From NCBI GenBank assembly GCA_030584065.1, contig CP129489.1, positions 580,640 to 644,639 on the forward strand: a stretch of DNA of 64,000 bases, in the 5' to 3' direction. A program made the translations under genes and the position numbers. Positions 28,651 through 36,955 of this stretch are shown one piece after another. The stretch comes from Flavobacteriales bacterium (GTDB lineage Bacteria > Bacteroidota > Bacteroidia > Flavobacteriales_F > PHOS-HE28). Every line of letters starts with the position of its first letter. Position 1 is the stretch's first letter. The notes under the pieces were generated by a model. That model was not told the DNA's origin. It saw only the letters and a list, made by a program, of their open reading frames with translations, and searched no databases.

Positions 28651-28653
28651 GTC

Positions 28654-28731
28654 TGGTCGGGGTGAGTGGATTCGAACCACCGGCCTCTACGTCCCGAACG
28701 TAGCGCTCTAACCGGGCTGAGCTACACCCCG
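28654..28731 (-). tRNA. tRNA-Pro (anticodon CGG), CCA encoded
   Basis: Cloverleaf folded by hand: acceptor CGGGGTG/CACCCCG, D arm GCTC...GAGC, anticodon stem CTACG/CGTAG with loop TTCGGGA, T arm GGTGG-TTCGAAT-CCACT, 3' ACCA. Confidence 0.85.
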
Positions 28732-28769
28732 TAGCTGCAAGGGGCGGCAAATATAGACGGACGCGCCGA

Positions 28770-29456
28770 TCAGGCCTCGAAGGTGTAGCCGATGCCCTTC
28801 ACCGTGCGGATCCGGTCGTCGCCGATCTTCTCGCGCAGCTTCCGGATGTGCACATCGATGGTGCGGTCGCCGACGAAGAGCTCATTGCCCCAGATCTGCC
28901 CATAGATCTCATCCCGCTTGAAGACCTTGCCCGGCTTGCTCATGAGCAGCACGAGCAGTTCGAATTCCTTCTTGGGCAGATGCATCTCCTGGCCACCGAC
29001 CTGCACGGTCACCTTCTCCAGGTCCACTCGAACGCCGTTGGCCTCCAGCACCTGCTCCTCTGGCCGGTCGGCACCTGTACGCTTCAGCAGAGCCTTCACC
29101 TTGCTCACGAACACCTTGGGGCGCACCGGCTTGGTGATGAAGTCATCCGCACCGGCCTCGAAGCCCGCGATCTGCGAATAGTCCTCCCCCCGGGCCGTGA
29201 GGAAGGTGATCACGGTGTTCTTGAACTCGGGCTGCTGCCGGAGCTGGTTGCACACTTCCACGCCATCCATGCCCGGCATCATGATGTCCAGCACGATCAG
29301 GTCGGGGCGCTCCGCCTTGGCCACCTTCAGGGCCTCGCGGCCATTGCTGGCCGAGGACACGGCGTACCCTTCGCGCTCCAGATTGTACTTGAGCAGCTCG
29401 ATGATATCGGGCTCATCGTCCACCAGGAGGACCTTCTGTGTCGTCGTTGAGGCCAT
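28770..29456 (-). CDS. OmpR/PhoB-family DNA-binding response regulator
   Basis: Receiver domain (VLLVDDEPDIIELL..., DLIVLDIMMPGMDG, phosphoacceptor Asp) plus winged-helix output (RTIDVHIRKLREKIG...GIGYTFEA). No histidine kinase adjacent. Confidence 0.85.
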   Translation of the reverse strand: MASTTTQKVLLVDDEPDIIELLKYNLEREGYAVSSASNGREALKVAKAERPDLIVLDIMMPGMDGVEVCNQLRQQPEFKNTVITFLTARGEDYSQIAGFEAGADDFITKPVRPKVFVSKVKALLKRTGADRPEEQVLEANGVRVDLEKVTVQVGGQEMHLPKKEFELLVLLMSKPGKVFKRDEIYGQIWGNELFVGDRTIDVHIRKLREKIGDDRIRTVKGIGYTFEA

Positions 29457-29608
29457 GGTTCCAAGCATCACGGGGACAAAGGTCCCTCCCCGCTGCCCTC
29501 GCGGGCGTTAACCCGTCTTCAAATGTAGGTTAAGGTCGCAGCACGATCAGGCTGCGTGGGATGACTGTCGCCATGCTAATTTCGCCCCGCGCTGAAAGGC
29601 GCCTCTTT

Positions 29609-29681
29609 GCGGGAGTAGCTCAGTTGGTAGAGCATCAGCTTCCCAAGCTGAGGGTCGCGGGTTCGAATCCCGTTTCCCGCT
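29609..29681 (+). tRNA. tRNA-Gly (anticodon CCC)
   Basis: Acceptor GCGGGAG/TTCCCGC, D arm GCTC-AGTTGGTA-GAGC, anticodon stem TCAGC/GCTGA with loop TTCCCAA, T arm GCGGG-TTCGAAT-CCCGT. No encoded CCA. Confidence 0.85.
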
Positions 29682-29683
29682 CA

Positions 29684-29722
29684 ATGGCCTCGCCCCTCCG
29701 GACGAGGCCATCCTGTTTTCGG
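29684..29722 (+). terminator. Terminator hairpin after tRNA-Gly
   Basis: ATGGCCTCG-(10-nt loop)-CGAGGCCAT, perfect 9-bp stem, followed by CCTGTTTTCGG. Confidence 0.45.
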
Positions 29723-29805
29723 CCCCCCTTGAACACCGCGCCGTTGATCCGGGGGCTCCCCGACGGGGTCTGCGCGTGTGGATCGGGTGCTAGGTTCGGC
29801 CCGCC

Positions 29806-31053
29806 ATGGCCAAGCGTACCCGGGAGCAGGATGTCGTGCGCGTGTGCGAGCTCTTCGCCGGTGTAGGCGGATTCCGGCTCGGCCTGGAGCGGGCATCGGG
29901 CGCCCATGGCCGCTACAGGGTGGTGTTCAGCAATCAGCACGAGCCGGGCAGGCGCCGGCAATGGGCATCGGAGGTCTACACAGCACGGTTCGGCGGCGAC
30001 CATCATTCGAGTGCCGATATCGCCAAGGTGCCCACCGCCGATATACCCGACCATGACCTGCTGGTGGGCGGGTTCCCCTGCCAGGACTACTCGGTGGCCA
30101 GTACGCTGCGCAATGCCAAGGGGCTCGTGGGGAAGAAAGGCGTGCTGTGGTGGCAGATCCATCGCATCCTCAAGGAGAAGGAGCGCAAGCCGGCGCATCT
30201 GCTTCTGGAGAATGTGGACCGGCTGCTGGGATCGCCGGCGAACCAGCGCGGACGTGACTTCGCGGTGATGCTGCGCTCGCTTGATGAACTCGGCTATGCC
30301 GTGGAATGGCGCGTGGTGAATGCCGCCGATTACGGCATGCCGCAGCGGCGCAAACGGGTCTTCATCGTGGGCCACCTCCGCGGGACGCAGAGCCACCAGG
30401 CGCTTCGGGCCGCCACGCCGGGGGGCTGGATGACCGAGAGCGGCCCCTTGGCGAAGGCCTTTCCGTGTGAACCGGCGGGTGAGGGCGTCTCCGCCTTTCC
30501 GATCTCCGGTACGCTGGAGGAGCTCTCACGCGGCTTCGGTGGCAAGGGAGCGCGCTCGCCGTTCAAGGGCTGTGGCATCATGGCGGACGGCTGGGTGTTC
30601 ACCGCCGCGGTGGAGCCCATCGCCGAGGAGCCGGCCACGCTGGGCGCAGTGCTCCAGCCGGAGGAGGAGGTTCCCGCCGCCTTCCGCATACCGACCAGGG
30701 AACTGGCGCAGTGGCGCTATCTGAAAGGGGCCAAGCGTGAGCAGCGCGCCACGGCAGGCGGCCATCGGTATGCCTATGCGGAAGGCGCCATGGCATTCCC
30801 GGACCCTCTGGACAAGCCTTCGCGGACCATCATCACCGGCGAGGGAGGACGTTCGCCATCGCGGTTCAAGCACGTGGTGAAGGTGAAGGGGCGCTACCGG
30901 CGCCTCACCCCCGTGGAGTTGGAACGGCTCAATATGTTCCCGGATGGCCACACGGCGGGGGTGAGCGATGCGTGGCGCGCGTTCTTCATGGGCAATGCGC
31001 TGGTGGTGGGCGTCGTGGAGCGCATCGGGAAGGCGCTATTGGCGTTCCGGTAG
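29806..31053 (+). CDS. dcm: DNA (cytosine-5)-methyltransferase, high-GC, solitary
   Basis: Motifs I FAGVGG, IV GGFPCQDYS, VI LLLENVDRLL, VIII QRRKRVFIVG. No neighbouring restriction endonuclease or vsr. Confidence 0.85.
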   Translation: MAKRTREQDVVRVCELFAGVGGFRLGLERASGAHGRYRVVFSNQHEPGRRRQWASEVYTARFGGDHHSSADIAKVPTADIPDHDLLVGGFPCQDYSVASTLRNAKGLVGKKGVLWWQIHRILKEKERKPAHLLLENVDRLLGSPANQRGRDFAVMLRSLDELGYAVEWRVVNAADYGMPQRRKRVFIVGHLRGTQSHQALRAATPGGWMTESGPLAKAFPCEPAGEGVSAFPISGTLEELSRGFGGKGARSPFKGCGIMADGWVFTAAVEPIAEEPATLGAVLQPEEEVPAAFRIPTRELAQWRYLKGAKREQRATAGGHRYAYAEGAMAFPDPLDKPSRTIITGEGGRSPSRFKHVVKVKGRYRRLTPVELERLNMFPDGHTAGVSDAWRAFFMGNALVVGVVERIGKALLAFR

Positions 31054-31124
31054 CGGCAGAACCGGCCGGGGGCTCCGCGTGTTCAGGAGAGGAACCCGCT
31101 GCGGTGCCAACTTCGCAGCCCAGC

Positions 31125-31760
31125 ATGAAGCCTCTCCTCGCAGCCCTGCTCTCTCCCTGCTTGATGTCCTGTGCGCCTTCCGCCATGGACCCCACCTTTG
31201 CCGACATGGAACCCTTCCCCGCTCAATCCACCGATACCATCACCCTCGGAGCAGGCTGTTTCTGGTGCGTAGAGGCTGTCTTCGCTGAGCTGAAAGGAGT
31301 GCTCTCGGTGACATCGGGCTATATGGGCGGCACCGTGAAGAACCCGAGCTACAAGGAGGTCTGCACCGGCCGCACCGGGCATGCCGAGGTCGCACGGATC
31401 GTTTTCGACCCTTCCGTGGTGAGCCTCGACGAGATCCTGGAGGTATTCTGGCAGACGCATGATCCCACCACGCTCAACAGGCAGGGAGCCGATGTGGGCA
31501 CGCAGTACCGCTCGGCCATCTTCTGGCATAGCGAGGCCCAGCGGGACCTTGCGGAGTCGTACAAGCGGAAGCTCGACGCGAGCGGCGCCTTCCCCGCGCC
31601 GATCGTCACCGAGGTCACGAAGGCATCAGTGTTCTACGAGGCGGAGGATTACCACCAGGATTACTATGCCCAGAACTCCGGCCAAGGGTACTGCCAGATG
31701 GTGATCCGGCCCAAGCTGGAGAAGTTCCGCAAGGTGTTCGCCGAAAAGCTGAAGCGCTGA
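31125..31760 (+). CDS. msrA: Peptide-methionine (S)-S-oxide reductase MsrA, lipoprotein form
   Basis: Signal MKPLLAALLSPCLMSC, active site GAGCFWCVEAVF. Confidence 0.85.
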   Translation: MKPLLAALLSPCLMSCAPSAMDPTFADMEPFPAQSTDTITLGAGCFWCVEAVFAELKGVLSVTSGYMGGTVKNPSYKEVCTGRTGHAEVARIVFDPSVVSLDEILEVFWQTHDPTTLNRQGADVGTQYRSAIFWHSEAQRDLAESYKRKLDASGAFPAPIVTEVTKASVFYEAEDYHQDYYAQNSGQGYCQMVIRPKLEKFRKVFAEKLKR

Positions 31761-31811
31761 TCCGTGACCCCGGTCACCCCCCGTGCGGGGCTGCACGGCT
31801 AGCTTTGCATC

Positions 31812-32261
31812 ATGGCTGAACGGAGCAAGGCATACAGCATCTTCAGGTACAAATGCCCGCATTGCCACGAAGGGGATTTCTATGTGGATGCGAATCCGTA
31901 CCACCTCTCCACGGTAGGGGATGTGCTGGAGAAATGCCCGGCATGCGACCGGAAATACACGCCTGAGCCGGGGTTCTATTATGGCGGCATGTATGTGGCG
32001 TACGCACTGGCGGTTGCCTTGGGCACCTCCGTCTATGTGGCGACCATTGTCCTGTGGCCGGGTGCGCCGGTTGCCGTAAGGGCGGCGCTGGTCGTAGGAG
32101 GGCTGGTAGCGCTGGCTCCTTGGCTCTATGCGATCAGCAAGACGCTCTGGGCGAACCTCTTCATGCACTACAAGGGCACCGCACCCACGGAGAAGGAGCT
32201 TCGGCAGGCCGCGCAGCGTGCCAACGCGACCCAAGGCTCCGCTACTGCGGCGTCTCGATGA
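31812..32261 (+). CDS. DUF983-like membrane protein (N-terminal zinc ribbon plus 2 TM)
   Basis: CPHCHEG...CPACDRKY followed by two hydrophobic helices. Confidence 0.55.
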   Translation: MAERSKAYSIFRYKCPHCHEGDFYVDANPYHLSTVGDVLEKCPACDRKYTPEPGFYYGGMYVAYALAVALGTSVYVATIVLWPGAPVAVRAALVVGGLVALAPWLYAISKTLWANLFMHYKGTAPTEKELRQAAQRANATQGSATAASR

Positions 32262-32952
32262 TCTCACCGCCCGCTCCGGGGTCGATGTAGTCGTTGATCA
32301 GGAAGACCACTTGGTCAGGCACTTTGTCGGAGTGCGCCCCGACGTCGCTGTACTCGCTCACCTCGCCCACCAGGTCCATGATGCGGTCGGAGGGCAGGCG
32401 CTCGCTGAGGGGAGGCCCCATTTCGGTCTGGCGGTTCTGCCATTCCACCATTACCAGATACCGCGGGTACTTCATCCCATCGCGCATGCGCTTGAAGAAG
32501 TCGCGCTTGTCGTGGATGCCCACGAAGCGATGGACGATGAGGGCCATGTCGGCCTCCGCGTTGCGGATGCCGGGGTCACCCACAGGCACCACCCGCACCT
32601 GCAGGCGGTCGTCACCCAGGCTGCGGCGCTTCTTCTCCGCCTCGATCCGTTCTGCTTGGCCGGCATCGTTGACGACGGCGATGACGTTGGCACCGGCCTC
32701 GATGAGCTTGAAGGTGAAGTAGCCGTCGTCCGCGAAGAGGTCGGCCACGGTCATGTGGGCGATGTTGCCCATCAGGCCCAGGATCACCTCCGGCTTCTGC
32801 CAGCGGTCGCGTTCTGAAGCCGCAGAGGCGGTTGCGGCGCCGCCCCCGGTCCCGGCTCCGGGGTCCGCCTGTGCGGGTTGTTCGGGTCCAGGACCGCCGC
32901 AGGAAAGCAGGATCAGGGCGGGCAGGGCGTTGAGAAGGTGGCGCATGCGCAT
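32242..32952 (-). CDS. Class I SAM-dependent methyltransferase, probably a lipoprotein
   Basis: Signal MRHLLNALPALILLSC and Rossmann-like region (KLIEAGANVIAVVNDAG). Convergent 20-nt overlap with the DUF983 gene. Confidence 0.55.
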   Translation of the reverse strand: MRMRHLLNALPALILLSCGGPGPEQPAQADPGAGTGGGAATASAASERDRWQKPEVILGLMGNIAHMTVADLFADDGYFTFKLIEAGANVIAVVNDAGQAERIEAEKKRRSLGDDRLQVRVVPVGDPGIRNAEADMALIVHRFVGIHDKRDFFKRMRDGMKYPRYLVMVEWQNRQTEMGPPLSERLPSDRIMDLVGEVSEYSDVGAHSDKVPDQVVFLINDYIDPGAGGEIIETPQ

Positions 32953-33042
32953 CGGCTTGGGCCGCCAAAATACCATGGTGCGCGGCTTGGGGCCGCAACC
33001 CCTTGCTGCGGCTACCTTCGCCGCGCAACCCGTTCCCAGGCC

Positions 33043-33522
33043 ATGCCCGGTATCGACTCGGAGCTCCAAAGCCGCTTCTCCAGCGAACAGCAGAAGGCGA
33101 TGCTCAACGTGCTCTTCACGGCCAACTGGCTGAGGGCCATGCAGGTGGCGGTGTTCAAGCCCTTCGGACTAAGTCCGCAGCAGTACAATATCCTCCGGAT
33201 ACTGCGGGGGGCGATGGCATCCTCTTCCTCGGCTGACTCCGACGGCGGGCGCATGAAGATGCAGGCCGTGAAGGAGCGCATGATCGATCGGGCGCCCAAT
33301 GCCACGCGGCTCACCGACAAGCTCATCGCCAAGGGGCTGGTCATCCGGGAACGGTGCGATGTGGACCGCCGCGTCGTGTACGTGCGGATCAGCCCTAAGG
33401 GGCTTGAACTCCTCAAGCGACTGGACGAGGTGAACCGCACGAAGCTGGATCCCGTCCTCGAAGGGCTCGGCACCGAGGATGCGCACCGGATCAACCGGAT
33501 CCTCGACGGCTGGCGCGGCTGA
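33043..33522 (+). CDS. MarR-family transcriptional regulator
   Basis: Winged HTH region (LSPQQYNILRIL...RLTDKLIAKGLVIRERCDVDRRVVYVRISPKGLELL). Confidence 0.8.
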   Translation: MPGIDSELQSRFSSEQQKAMLNVLFTANWLRAMQVAVFKPFGLSPQQYNILRILRGAMASSSSADSDGGRMKMQAVKERMIDRAPNATRLTDKLIAKGLVIRERCDVDRRVVYVRISPKGLELLKRLDEVNRTKLDPVLEGLGTEDAHRINRILDGWRG

Positions 33523-33531
33523 GCCCGCCCC

Positions 33532-34839
33532 TCAACGCTTGCGCTCGGCCTGAAGCGTGCGCTCCCACAGGAGTTCGCCTGCCTGGTCGAACACCCGCAT
33601 GGTGAGCTGCCGTTCCTTCCGCGGGCCGGTAAAGGTGAGCGTGGCGAAGTTCCGCCGCTCCACCAGCGTGCCCTCCACGCGGTTCGCATTGGGCGTCTTG
33701 GCGGTATAGGTGCCGGAGGTGAGCGGCGATACGGTGAGGTCGTGCACCACCCGCCCATCGGCGAGGGACAAGGCGCTCAGCTCGGTGAAGTGCCGGTCGC
33801 CCGTGAGGAACACGACCCCGGTGATTCCCTCTTCCTCGATCCGGCGCAGCAACTCGCCGCGTTCTCCGGTGATGGTGGCGTAGTTCTCGTATTCAGCGGC
33901 AGTGCTCAGCACCTGGCTGCCCACGGCAACGAGCTTGAAGGGCGCATCGCTGTACTTGAGGGCGCGGATGAGCCAGTCGAGCTGGGCGGCGCCGAGCAGG
34001 GCGGGCGCACCGGTCTTGGCATCGGCCGGCACGCGATACGTGCGGTCGTCGAGCAGGAAGAAATCAGCATCCCCGTGGCTGAAGGCCGTGATGGCCCCTG
34101 TAACGCCTGGTACGCCGCAGGTGGGGTTGGGCCAGAAGAGGTCGAACAGCTCCAGCGCCAGGGGGGCGTTCACCCAGCTGCCATCGCCGTCGTTGGGCCC
34201 GAAGTCATGGTCATCCCAGATGGCGTAGTGGTGCGTTGAGCGCAGCAGCCGCTGCAGTTCGGGCAGCGACCGGGTGTGGGTGTAGCGGTGCAGGTAGCCC
34301 GTGCGCGACCCCCAGTCCGGCTCGCGCAGGTAGATGTTGTCGCCGAGCCACAGCATCAGGTCAGGCTGCTTGCTGGCGATGGCGTTGAAGATGCCGTAGC
34401 CGTCCCCATAGGCCCGGCCGGGGCGGTCGTACGCGGGCTCGTTGACGTAGGCGCAACTGCCCAGCGCCACGGAGAAGGAGGGCGGGTCCGTGCGATGCTT
34501 CCAGAGGGACTGCGTGCGGAAGGTGAGGGGCTGGCCCACATCCACGGGCCGGCCGTTCACCACGGGCCGGTACCCATAGGTGGTGCCGGGCACCACCTGA
34601 TCCATGACGAAGTCCATGGCGTGCGCCAGGCGGGCCTCCGAATCCTGGACGGGTGTGCGGAGGATGCTGTCGGGCCGGTCGATGGCCCAGTACTCCAGCC
34701 GCGCCGAGCACGGGCCGAGGCATTGCATCCAGATGGTGGCCTCCAGGAAGTCGCTGTGGCCGGGCATGGGGCCATTGACCAGTGGCTGGCACACCGCCAG
34801 TGAAGGCATCAGCAGAAGGGTAAGGTGCAGTCGGCGCAT
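33532..34839 (-). CDS. PhoD-like alkaline phosphatase/phosphodiesterase
   Basis: Signal peptide, metallophosphatase region (WLGDNIYLRE, HYAIWDDHDFGPND, GDRHF). Confidence 0.8.
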   Translation of the reverse strand: MRRLHLTLLLMPSLAVCQPLVNGPMPGHSDFLEATIWMQCLGPCSARLEYWAIDRPDSILRTPVQDSEARLAHAMDFVMDQVVPGTTYGYRPVVNGRPVDVGQPLTFRTQSLWKHRTDPPSFSVALGSCAYVNEPAYDRPGRAYGDGYGIFNAIASKQPDLMLWLGDNIYLREPDWGSRTGYLHRYTHTRSLPELQRLLRSTHHYAIWDDHDFGPNDGDGSWVNAPLALELFDLFWPNPTCGVPGVTGAITAFSHGDADFFLLDDRTYRVPADAKTGAPALLGAAQLDWLIRALKYSDAPFKLVAVGSQVLSTAAEYENYATITGERGELLRRIEEEGITGVVFLTGDRHFTELSALSLADGRVVHDLTVSPLTSGTYTAKTPNANRVEGTLVERRNFATLTFTGPRKERQLTMRVFDQAGELLWERTLQAERKR

Positions 34840-34891
34840 GGGATGGGAGAGGCGGGCAAGTTACCCCCGCCCCATCCGATCGGCGCGCGCC

Positions 34892-36499
34892 TCAGCCTTT
34901 GCGGAACCAGCGGAGGATGCCGGGCCGCTTCGGCTCTTCCGCCTTCTTCGGAGCGGTGCGCTTGTCGTCCTCATCGAATAGCTCGCGCGTGAGCTTGGCA
35001 TAATCGGGCTTGGCAGCGTTCTGCTGGTGCTGAGGCTGTCCCTGGTCGGGCCGGGGGCGCTCCTCACGGCGCGGCCGGTCCTGCTGCGGGCGTGCCGCGC
35101 GCTGCGGCTTCTCCGCGCGCTGCTGGGGGCGGGCGCCGTGCTGCTCACGCGGTTTCCCCTCGGCGGCTGGCCGGTTCCGTTGCGCCGGGCGCTGCTCCCG
35201 TTGCGGGCTGCGCTCCTGCGGGCGGCCATCGCGCTGGGTCCGCTGCTGGCTATTGCGCGGTTGCTGGCCCTGCCGCTGCTGCTGGCCGCGCCTTTGGCCG
35301 CGCGGGTGTCGCGGCTCCCTCACCTCGGGCTCGGCCTTCTTGGGTCCGCCGGTCATCACATACGGGTGGTCGGAAACCACGGGAATCTCCCGGCGGATGA
35401 GCTTCTGGATGTCACGCAGGTACTCCTTCTCCTCATGGTCGCAGAAGGAGAGCGCCTTGCCGCTGGCGCCAGCACGACCCGTGCGGCCGATGCGGTGCAC
35501 GTAGGTCTCGGGGATGTTCGGGATGTCGAAGTTGATCACGTGCGTGAGGCCGTCGATGTCGATGCCGCGTGCGGCGATGTCGGTGGCGACCAGCGCGCGG
35601 ATCTTGCCTTCCTTGAAGTTCTTCAGCGCGTTCTGGCGGGCCGTCTGGCTCTTGTTGCCGTGGATCGCCTCGGCTCCGATGCCGGCCTGGGTGAGCACCT
35701 TGGCCACCTTGTTGGCGCCGTGCTTGGTGCGGGTGAAGATGAGGGCCTCGCGGATGGCATCGCCCTGCAGCAGGTGCAGCAGCAGCTTATTCTTGTCCGT
35801 GCGATCCACGAAGAACATGTGCTGGTCGATGGTATCTGCCGTGCTGCTCACCGGCGCCACTTCCACCTTCACCGGCTCGGTGAGGATGCTGTTGGCCAGC
35901 TTGGCGATCTCGGGCGGCATGGTGGCGCTGAAGAAGAGCGTCTGGCGCTTCTGGGGCAGCTTGGCGATCACCTTCTTCACGTCGTGGATGAAGCCCATGT
36001 CGAGCATGCGGTCGGCCTCGTCCAGCACAAAGACGTCTAGGTCGTTCAGATGCACGTAGCCCTGGCCCATGAGATCGAGCAGGCGGCCCGGGGTGGCAAT
36101 CACGGTGTCCACGCCGCGTTGCAGCGCGTCGGTCTGCGGCTTCTGGCCCACACCGCCGAAGATCACGGTGTGCCGCTGTTTCAGGTGGCGACCGTAGGCA
36201 GCGAAGCTCTCGCCGATCTGGATGGCCAGCTCGCGGGTGGGGGTGAGGATGAGCACCTTGATGGGGCGCTTGCCGCCCTGTGCGCCGATGCCGCGCTCAT
36301 GCAGTTCCTGCAGGATGGGGATGGCGAAGGCGGCTGTTTTACCGGTGCCGGTCTGTGCGCAACCCAGCAGGTCGCGTCCCTTGATCAGGTGCGGGATCGC
36401 CTGCGACTGGATGGGGGTGGGATGTGTGTAGCCTTCTTCCTGAAGCGCTTTGAGGATGGGCTCGATCAGCCCGAGGTCGTTGAACGTGGTACGTTCCAT
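34892..36499 (-). CDS. DEAD-box ATP-dependent RNA helicase with long Arg/Gln-rich C-terminal tail
   Basis: Q motif (FNDLGL...THPTPIQ), [12 protein letters not shown] (VLDEADRML), [13 protein letters not shown]. Low-complexity RQP-rich tail of about 150 aa. Confidence 0.85.
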   Translation of the reverse strand: MERTTFNDLGLIEPILKALQEEGYTHPTPIQSQAIPHLIKGRDLLGCAQTGTGKTAAFAIPILQELHERGIGAQGGKRPIKVLILTPTRELAIQIGESFAAYGRHLKQRHTVIFGGVGQKPQTDALQRGVDTVIATPGRLLDLMGQGYVHLNDLDVFVLDEADRMLDMGFIHDVKKVIAKLPQKRQTLFFSATMPPEIAKLANSILTEPVKVEVAPVSSTADTIDQHMFFVDRTDKNKLLLHLLQGDAIREALIFTRTKHGANKVAKVLTQAGIGAEAIHGNKSQTARQNALKNFKEGKIRALVATDIAARGIDIDGLTHVINFDIPNIPETYVHRIGRTGRAGASGKALSFCDHEEKEYLRDIQKLIRREIPVVSDHPYVMTGGPKKAEPEVREPRHPRGQRRGQQQRQGQQPRNSQQRTQRDGRPQERSPQREQRPAQRNRPAAEGKPREQHGARPQQRAEKPQRAARPQQDRPRREERPRPDQGQPQHQQNAAKPDYAKLTRELFDEDDKRTAPKKAEEPKRPGILRWFRKG

Positions 36500-36955
36500 G
36501 GTATGCGTGCACCGTGCACCGGTGCGGTGTGTGTGGATGCACCCAAGCCATTGACCTTGGAGCACACCCGTTCAGGTGTTGTTCTGGAGCCCCTCAACTG
36601 GTCCGGCGTGCAATGATCCGCTGGGGATGGCGCCTGGACAGGACAACCGCGCTGGATGCGCGGGAGAAGCTGGGCGCTCGGGGCAAGTTCCGGTCCTTCC
36701 GGAACGGCGGCAAAGCTAGGGCGGACCCGGCCACGCTCGGCTTTTTTCTTTCAATCCCCTGAGGAAGAGGCGATTGATCCATCTGCAGGGCCTTCGTTCA
36801 GCTGGATTCGGCTGCGCCGTGACGGGATTGACCGCTGCATTCCGTGTTTCCGTCGAGGTACCACGCGCAATGGTCGGATGCGATTCCGCCTTCATCGAAA
36901 CCTATCGGCTTCCCCTCCCGTTCCAAGGCCGCCCCAAACGCTACGGGCATTGATC

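Noticed and set aside
28247-28653. tmRNA / RNase P / SRP RNA / riboswitch in the GC-rich non-coding stretch
   Set aside because: No GGGG...TTCGA tRNA-like ends other than tRNA-Pro itself. No GAAAGTCCGGG-type RNase P core or obvious SRP or riboswitch consensus seen by eye. Left as an unexplained non-coding region rather than an RNA-gene call.
36656-36955. In-frame 100-codon N-terminal extension of giant protein 1 (track start 36656)
   Set aside because: The extension is Arg/Pro-rich with no signal peptide. A canonical signal peptide follows the internal Met at 36956. The region is more plausibly the shared 5' leader/promoter with the divergent DEAD-box helicase gene.
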